DNA of 62,629 bases, the filler included. It is 7 parts of 7 records of this genome, joined end to end, with 100 filler letters (N's around TTAATTAATTAA, not from the genome) between each part and the next. Parts side by side here need not be neighbours in the genome. Positions count along the whole stretch, not along the records: positions 57,002 to 62,629 come from SRR31156797_11746; 6 more parts are not named here. One strand, 5' to 3'. The translations under genes were made by a program, and so were the position numbers. A model generated the notes under the pieces. It saw nothing but the letters and a program-made list of their open reading frames with translations. It was not told the DNA's origin and searched no databases. Positions 58,042 to 62,629 of the stretch are shown here, piece by piece (the first letter of the stretch is position 1; each line of letters opens with the position of its first letter).

Positions 58042-60336
58042 TTATTTTTTACCCAGCAGCGTCTTGATGTCGGCCGGACCCGTCCCGGTCCTGGTCGTCT
58101 CATCAAGAGCTTCCCCGAGAATTTTCTTGAATTCCGCGTAGGAAGATTTGAACACGTCGAGGTCCATGCGGTCGATGCTGTTGAGCAGTTCGTGCTTGAC
58201 CTGTTCGAGCCTGGTGGTAAGGGCCGGGTTGAGCGTGGAGTCATTGGCCAGCATGGTGGCGATAACCAGGTCTCCAACCAGGGGAACGTCAAAAAGAAGC
58301 TTCTTGCCTTCTTCAACCAGACCAGGGCCGGCCAGATCGTCGTTTCTATCCAGGGCCCTTTGGGTTCTTTCGCACCAGTCGTCGAAATCAATGACATTCT
58401 GGTCGTCCGAGGGCAGCACGGCCCGGACGCGGTCCAGGTTGCTCTTACCGAGATTCATTATATTCTGTGCAGGCACCCGCCATTCATCTCCGGCCGCCTT
58501 GTCGTCGGACGAATCAATCTGTTCGATTTCCTGGGCTTCCTGAACCCGCTTAAGCTCCTGGAGGTGTTGCTTGGCCGTAGTGCGATCGCCCTGTTCGACA
58601 GCCTGTTCCAGGCCGCGTACGTGTTTATCCATTTCATCGGCGTCATGTCCTGTTATGCCTTTACGCCGAAGATCAGTGTGGGCGGTCATGGCTTCATCCA
58701 ACACGTCATTCTGCCACCCGCCGTGGTTAAGGATCATTTCCCTGGACCAGTCCGTTCCCTGGATGCGGCAGCCTATGGTGAAGATCATATCTCCATCCAG
58801 GGCCATGGACACTTCAATGGCCTTGCCTTCCGGCAGGCCGGGCGGGAGGTCGTAGAACCAGATGTTTCCCATCAAGTCGTTCTCGGAGGCTGTTTCTGAA
58901 AAGCCCTCGCGAACCGGGACTTTTATGAAGCACTGATCCTGCATGGTCGTATTGAAGACCTCTATGTGAGGCTCATCCATCGGGTAGGGCTCATTTTTAG
59001 GGATGATCTCCACGAATCGGTCGCCCTCGACTTCGATGCCGTAAGGCTTGGGGGTCCGGTCGGTTTCTTCGACGATCTTGGTAGCCTTGAGGGCCAGGTC
59101 GGCGCCGCATTTTTCGCATTTTTCATTATCCATGGCGTTTTCTTGGTCGCATTCCTGGCACCAGACATGGATGAGGCTTTTGGCCAGAACGCCGGCGCCC
59201 AGGGCCACGCAGGTCATGGGATCAATGTTGCGCATGATCTTTTCCTTGTCAAAATAGTCTTCCAGGGTTTTTTGAAACTTGGGAATTGTGGAAGACCCTC
59301 CGACCAGCAGAACAGCGTCGATCTCGTCTTTTTCCAGGCCGGCCGCGTCCAGGGCCTGTTTTACGCAATCAAGGGCCCTTTCGGCATGAGGCTGCACCAG
59401 ACGCTCGAATTCAGCCCGGGATATTTCGTATTCCACCGGTACGGGCATGCCGGTTTCGTCCTTGAGGGATTCCATGATGATTACTTCAGCGGAATCCTGT
59501 GATGAGAGTATTTCCTTTGCTTCCCTGGCCTTTTTTCTGAGATCGTGCATGAACTCTTCACTTTGGCTTACGTCTTCCAATTCATACTCGTTCTCAACAC
59601 TGTGGATGACCTGGTCCATGATTACGCGGTCGAAATCGTCTCCGCCCAGCCACATATCGCCTTCATTATTCATTTTCTGGAAGTTGCCGCCGACAATAAA
59701 TAAAATGGACACATCAAAAGTGCCGCCGCCCAGGTCGAAGACAAGTATCATCTGGCCGTCGTCATTTTTACTGTCCAGGCCGTAGGCAATGGCCGCGGCC
59801 GTGGGCTCGTCAATAATCTTTTTTACTTTGAGGCCGGCCATCAATCCGGCTTCCCTGGTGGCGTGCTTTTGCCTTTCGGAAAAATAGGCGGGAACGGTAA
59901 TAACCGCGGAATCCACCGTGTCGCCGAGCCACTGTTCGGCGTCTTCCTTGATCTTTTTGAGGACCATGGCCGAAACGCCCTGGGGAGTGTAAAGCTCACC
60001 GCCCAGGCGCACCCGGACCACGTCCTCATCGCCCTCTGGAGACGGGAGGATTTCATAGGTGACCTTGGCGGCGACCTTTTTTACTTCATCATCCTCAAAA
60101 CCGCGTCCCATCAGACGTTTGACCGAGAAAATATAGTCTTTCCTGGCCGCCTTGGCGTAGTCGTTGGCGTTTTTACCCACGACAATTGAATCGCCGGTTT
60201 TTTTCGATCGTTTGAAGGCGACCACCGAAGGCGTCAGACGGTCGTGTTCGCGGTTCAATATAATTTCAGGCTCCGTGGTCATGTGGCATACAACGGAGTT
60301 GGTAGTTCCCAGATCAATGCCTATGCTTTTGGCCAT
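58042..60336 (-). CDS. Hsp70/DnaK-family protein (non-housekeeping) with zinc ribbon at the interdomain linker and an extended helical C-terminus
   Basis: IGIDLGTTNS, SVKRLMG, TVPAYF, IIDEPTAAA, VFDLGGGTFDVS and LVGGSS are intact; CQEC-x10-CEKC follows the NBD; the SBD is divergent; RBS AAGGAGGAG. Confidence 0.92.
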   Translation of the reverse strand: MAKSIGIDLGTTNSVVCHMTTEPEIILNREHDRLTPSVVAFKRSKKTGDSIVVGKNANDYAKAARKDYIFSVKRLMGRGFEDDEVKKVAAKVTYEILPSPEGDEDVVRVRLGGELYTPQGVSAMVLKKIKEDAEQWLGDTVDSAVITVPAYFSERQKHATREAGLMAGLKVKKIIDEPTAAAIAYGLDSKNDDGQMILVFDLGGGTFDVSILFIVGGNFQKMNNEGDMWLGGDDFDRVIMDQVIHSVENEYELEDVSQSEEFMHDLRKKAREAKEILSSQDSAEVIIMESLKDETGMPVPVEYEISRAEFERLVQPHAERALDCVKQALDAAGLEKDEIDAVLLVGGSSTIPKFQKTLEDYFDKEKIMRNIDPMTCVALGAGVLAKSLIHVWCQECDQENAMDNEKCEKCGADLALKATKIVEETDRTPKPYGIEVEGDRFVEIIPKNEPYPMDEPHIEVFNTTMQDQCFIKVPVREGFSETASENDLMGNIWFYDLPPGLPEGKAIEVSMALDGDMIFTIGCRIQGTDWSREMILNHGGWQNDVLDEAMTAHTDLRRKGITGHDADEMDKHVRGLEQAVEQGDRTTAKQHLQELKRVQEAQEIEQIDSSDDKAAGDEWRVPAQNIMNLGKSNLDRVRAVLPSDDQNVIDFDDWCERTQRALDRNDDLAGPGLVEEGKKLLFDVPLVGDLVIATMLANDSTLNPALTTRLEQVKHELLNSIDRMDLDVFKSSYAEFKKILGEALDETTRTGTGPADIKTLLGKK

Positions 60337-60350
60337 TTAATAGCTCCTCC

Positions 60351-60872
60351 TTAATCTTCGTCTTCTTCGGAAACATCTTCAGTTGACGAAGCCACAAGGA
60401 CCTCGGCCGGGCGAAGAATGTGATCTTTCCAGTAATATCCTGTTTTTTCCACTCGGGCCACATGCCCTTCAGGCAGGTCGGGGTCGTAAACCGTGCCCAC
60501 CGCTTTTTGAAGTCCGGCCACGAATTCACCGTTTCCCACTTCCATCGGGGTGACGCCGAACTTTTTAATAACTCCGGCAAACTGCTTTCTTAAAAGGCTG
60601 AAATTTTTCAAAACCCTTTTGGCTTTTTTATCTTCAGCGGAAAGGGCCTGTTCGATGCCGGCTATGGTTTTGTCAAAACTGTCGATTGAATCTATCAGCG
60701 CCAGCAGGAAATCATGAATTTCCCTTTCCGTTTCGGCCTTTTGTTTTCTGGCGTCAATTCGCAACTTATGGATTTCGCGAAGCTTTTCAACGTATTGTTC
60801 ACGCCAGAGGGCGACGACCTCGGCGAATGGCGCTAAAGCTTGCGCATCATTAACCCCGGGGTCACCCTGCAT
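60351..60872 (-). CDS. grpE: Nucleotide exchange factor GrpE, atypical
   Basis: LIDSIDSFD, KKFGVTPM and GYYWKDHILRPAEVLV. Start ATG 60872 (RBS AAGAGG) overlaps the upstream stop. Confidence 0.85.
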   Translation of the reverse strand: MQGDPGVNDAQALAPFAEVVALWREQYVEKLREIHKLRIDARKQKAETEREIHDFLLALIDSIDSFDKTIAGIEQALSAEDKKAKRVLKNFSLLRKQFAGVIKKFGVTPMEVGNGEFVAGLQKAVGTVYDPDLPEGHVARVEKTGYYWKDHILRPAEVLVASSTEDVSEEDED

Positions 60873-62628
60873 GATCGGCCTCTTGATCCGCGAATTGCGC
60901 GGCAGCATAGATGCCGGCGCCCATTGCTTCGCATTTTTCCAGTTTTAGGCTTCCCATTACCTTGCGGTCGCCAAGCATTTCTTTCACACTTGGAGTTTTA
61001 ATTCTGTTTTTTACGCCGAATTTCTTTTCCAGGGCTTTACGGAAAAGAAAATCAACGCCCGGATCCAATACCGGTAATATCAGGTCTATGTCGGATCTGT
61101 TCATGTTCGCGGATTTAAGCACCCGATTAACAATCTTCATGATTTGAGATACAAGGGGATCAGTAACGCTTTCCACTTCGTCCCTTGTAAGCTCATAGTC
61201 GAAAGGCGCCGGCGTCCCGTCATCGTCGAGCAGAGAATCCTTAATTAATATTTCACACGACTCTTGTCCGGATAATAACTCCATTGCCTCTTTAGTTTTT
61301 ACGGTCAGGTCGGAGATAAAATTATTATTTGAAGCAGGATCAGGGACTCCGGTTTCGACTTCGGTCCGGCTGACCAGGTAATCTACAACTGTTGCACGGA
61401 AATCGTCCGCACCGGCAAATTGATCTCCATCAAGGGCGATAATGCTATATGTCTCCCGACTATAATGCAGAATTGAAAACTCGGCGCACCTCGGACCCAT
61501 TTTAAAGACAAGCATTACAATATCGTTTTCCAGTTCTGCTTTATCTATTCCAAGAGAAGCCGCCGCGGCTATAGGGGAGTCGATAATTTTGAGCACTTCA
61601 AGTCCGGCCCGGCCGGCGGCGTCCAATACGGCCTTTTTTTGTTTTTCGGTAAAATAGGGCGATGTTGTAATAACCGCCTTTCCGAATACCGATCCGAAAT
61701 TCGACTCAGCGTCTTTCTTGAGTTTTTGAAGGACTAATGTCAGCAATTGGCCGGGTGTATAAATGTCGTCGCCGAGGCGGACGCAGGCGGCGTCGCCGGC
61801 TTTACCGGCCGGAACATTCCGGTCGATTTTTTCGGCCTTTTTCTTTTCCTTGATTTTTTTAAGGGCCCGCCCCAGTGATTTGCGTTGCGCCTGGACATCG
61901 TTCCCTTGTTCTTCCACACTGCCGGGACTTTCGGAACAAGGAACTATTTCAAAGGAGACTTTTTCGGAAAGCCTTTCCACAACCGGGTCATCGAATGAAC
62001 GTCCCAAAAGGTCCATAATATAATAAATACGGTTCTTACCGGCCCGGGAAGAAAAATCACGAGCCTGTTTCCCTACGAGTATATTATCCCCGCTTTTTTT
62101 TGATTGTTTGAGGACGATTTCAATCGGCGTAAAGTCTTCGCCTTCCCGGTTGAGTATTATTTCAGGTTCATCGCCAGGCAGGCACATAACCGCATCGGAC
62201 TCGCCCAGGCTGATAGCCAAAACCGGATATTTAATATCTGTTTTTACGGCAACGGCAATGGGTTCCTGCGGAAGCAACAATTCCGGATCCGGTTTATAGC
62301 CTTCCCGATACGGCGCCTGGCCCAGGTCGTCAACTTCAAGGTTGGGCCGCAGATTATCCGGAAAGCCGAGATCGGACAGCATGGCCGGGTTTTCCAGGAG
62401 GCGGCAATAAACATTATTGCTCTCTTCCGGTATACTGCCGCGAAGGTGGGCAAGGTCCAGTTCCGGCTGATCTACTTCCAGGCACATGGCGTCTTCCACC
62501 ATGCGCTGAGCCGGCTGGGTCAGCCTGTGCTGGGCCTTGTTGCCTTTATCCATCATGGCCTTGTCGCGCTTGAATTTAACCATGTGAGCCATCATGGCCT
62601 TGTTGACCGCTTTTTTATCAACATCGAA
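60862..62628 (-). CDS. Degenerate J-domain fused to catalytically dead Hsp70 ATPase domain, 5'-truncated by the window end
   Basis: Frame is open to the window end (FDVDKKAVNKAMMAHMVKFKRDK...GNKAQHRLTQPAQRMVED, J-domain-like). The remainder is colinear with the neighbouring Hsp70 NBD (EPEIILNRE is identical), with the catalytic motifs substituted. Confidence 0.75.
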   Translation of the reverse strand, partial: FDVDKKAVNKAMMAHMVKFKRDKAMMDKGNKAQHRLTQPAQRMVEDAMCLEVDQPELDLAHLRGSIPEESNNVYCRLLENPAMLSDLGFPDNLRPNLEVDDLGQAPYREGYKPDPELLLPQEPIAVAVKTDIKYPVLAISLGESDAVMCLPGDEPEIILNREGEDFTPIEIVLKQSKKSGDNILVGKQARDFSSRAGKNRIYYIMDLLGRSFDDPVVERLSEKVSFEIVPCSESPGSVEEQGNDVQAQRKSLGRALKKIKEKKKAEKIDRNVPAGKAGDAACVRLGDDIYTPGQLLTLVLQKLKKDAESNFGSVFGKAVITTSPYFTEKQKKAVLDAAGRAGLEVLKIIDSPIAAAASLGIDKAELENDIVMLVFKMGPRCAEFSILHYSRETYSIIALDGDQFAGADDFRATVVDYLVSRTEVETGVPDPASNNNFISDLTVKTKEAMELLSGQESCEILIKDSLLDDDGTPAPFDYELTRDEVESVTDPLVSQIMKIVNRVLKSANMNRSDIDLILPVLDPGVDFLFRKALEKKFGVKNRIKTPSVKEMLGDRKVMGSLKLEKCEAMGAGIYAAAQFADQEADHAG

Positions 62629-62629
62629 A

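Noticed and set aside
58015-58899. 294-aa plus-strand ORF and other long ORFs antisense to the Hsp70 genes
   Set aside because: Shadow ORFs opposite a well-supported GC-rich gene, a familiar effect for dnaK-type genes; no RBS or motifs.
58042-60336. Calling this gene the housekeeping dnaK
   Set aside because: It lacks the DVLLLDV linker and the canonical SBD/lid sequence, has a Zn-ribbon insert, and no hrcA or canonical dnaJ is visible, so the symbol was withheld.

Overview
This window is not one locus. It joins seven unrelated contigs with identical artificial 100-nt linkers (N44-TTAATTAATTAA-N44). Taxonomic labels below are inferred from gene content and composition only. (1) 1-5730, AT-rich, Arcobacter/Campylobacterota-like: partial malY/patB, a UbiD-family (MqnL-type) decarboxylase, a diguanylate cyclase with two periplasmic binding domains, trpG/pabA and a partial GT39 gene. 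(2) 5831-14623, Desulfobacterota-like sulfated-polysaccharide cluster: fcl, a Sat-CysC fusion with degenerate sulfurylase motifs, a beta-helix protein, flippase, sulfotransferase, GT2 and Wzy/WaaL. (3) 14724-20334, GC-rich, spirochaete-like: a metallophosphoesterase-HAD fusion and sufS/receiver/sufU. (4) 20435-30583, Desulfobacterales-like: a hybrid PAS kinase, then a mobile-element leading-region-like cassette (Zn-finger, SSAP-like, RadC, DUF932, small Cys-rich and acidic proteins) with repeated hairpin modules and a large imperfect inverted repeat, then a corrinoid protein / non-canonical MtaA-UroD / GAF-Zn-finger operon. (5) 30684-51491, Bacteroidales housekeeping region from proS through ftsH to ppdK, including a 1275-aa GAF-GAF-receiver-PPDK_N protein. 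(6) 51592-56901, a TSUP-ornithine cyclodeaminase-YheO operon between two inverted decayed integrase-core transposase pseudogenes. (7) 57002-62629, an operon of three Hsp70-fold genes plus grpE. The strongest candidate for an undescribed system is contig 7: an HPD-less J-domain fused to a dead Hsp70 ATPase domain, an atypical GrpE, an intact Hsp70 with a zinc ribbon inserted at its allosteric linker, and a second dead Hsp70-fold protein. Next come the corrinoid/MtaA-like sensory operon and the mobile cassette in contig 4. No rRNA, tRNA or CRISPR array was seen.
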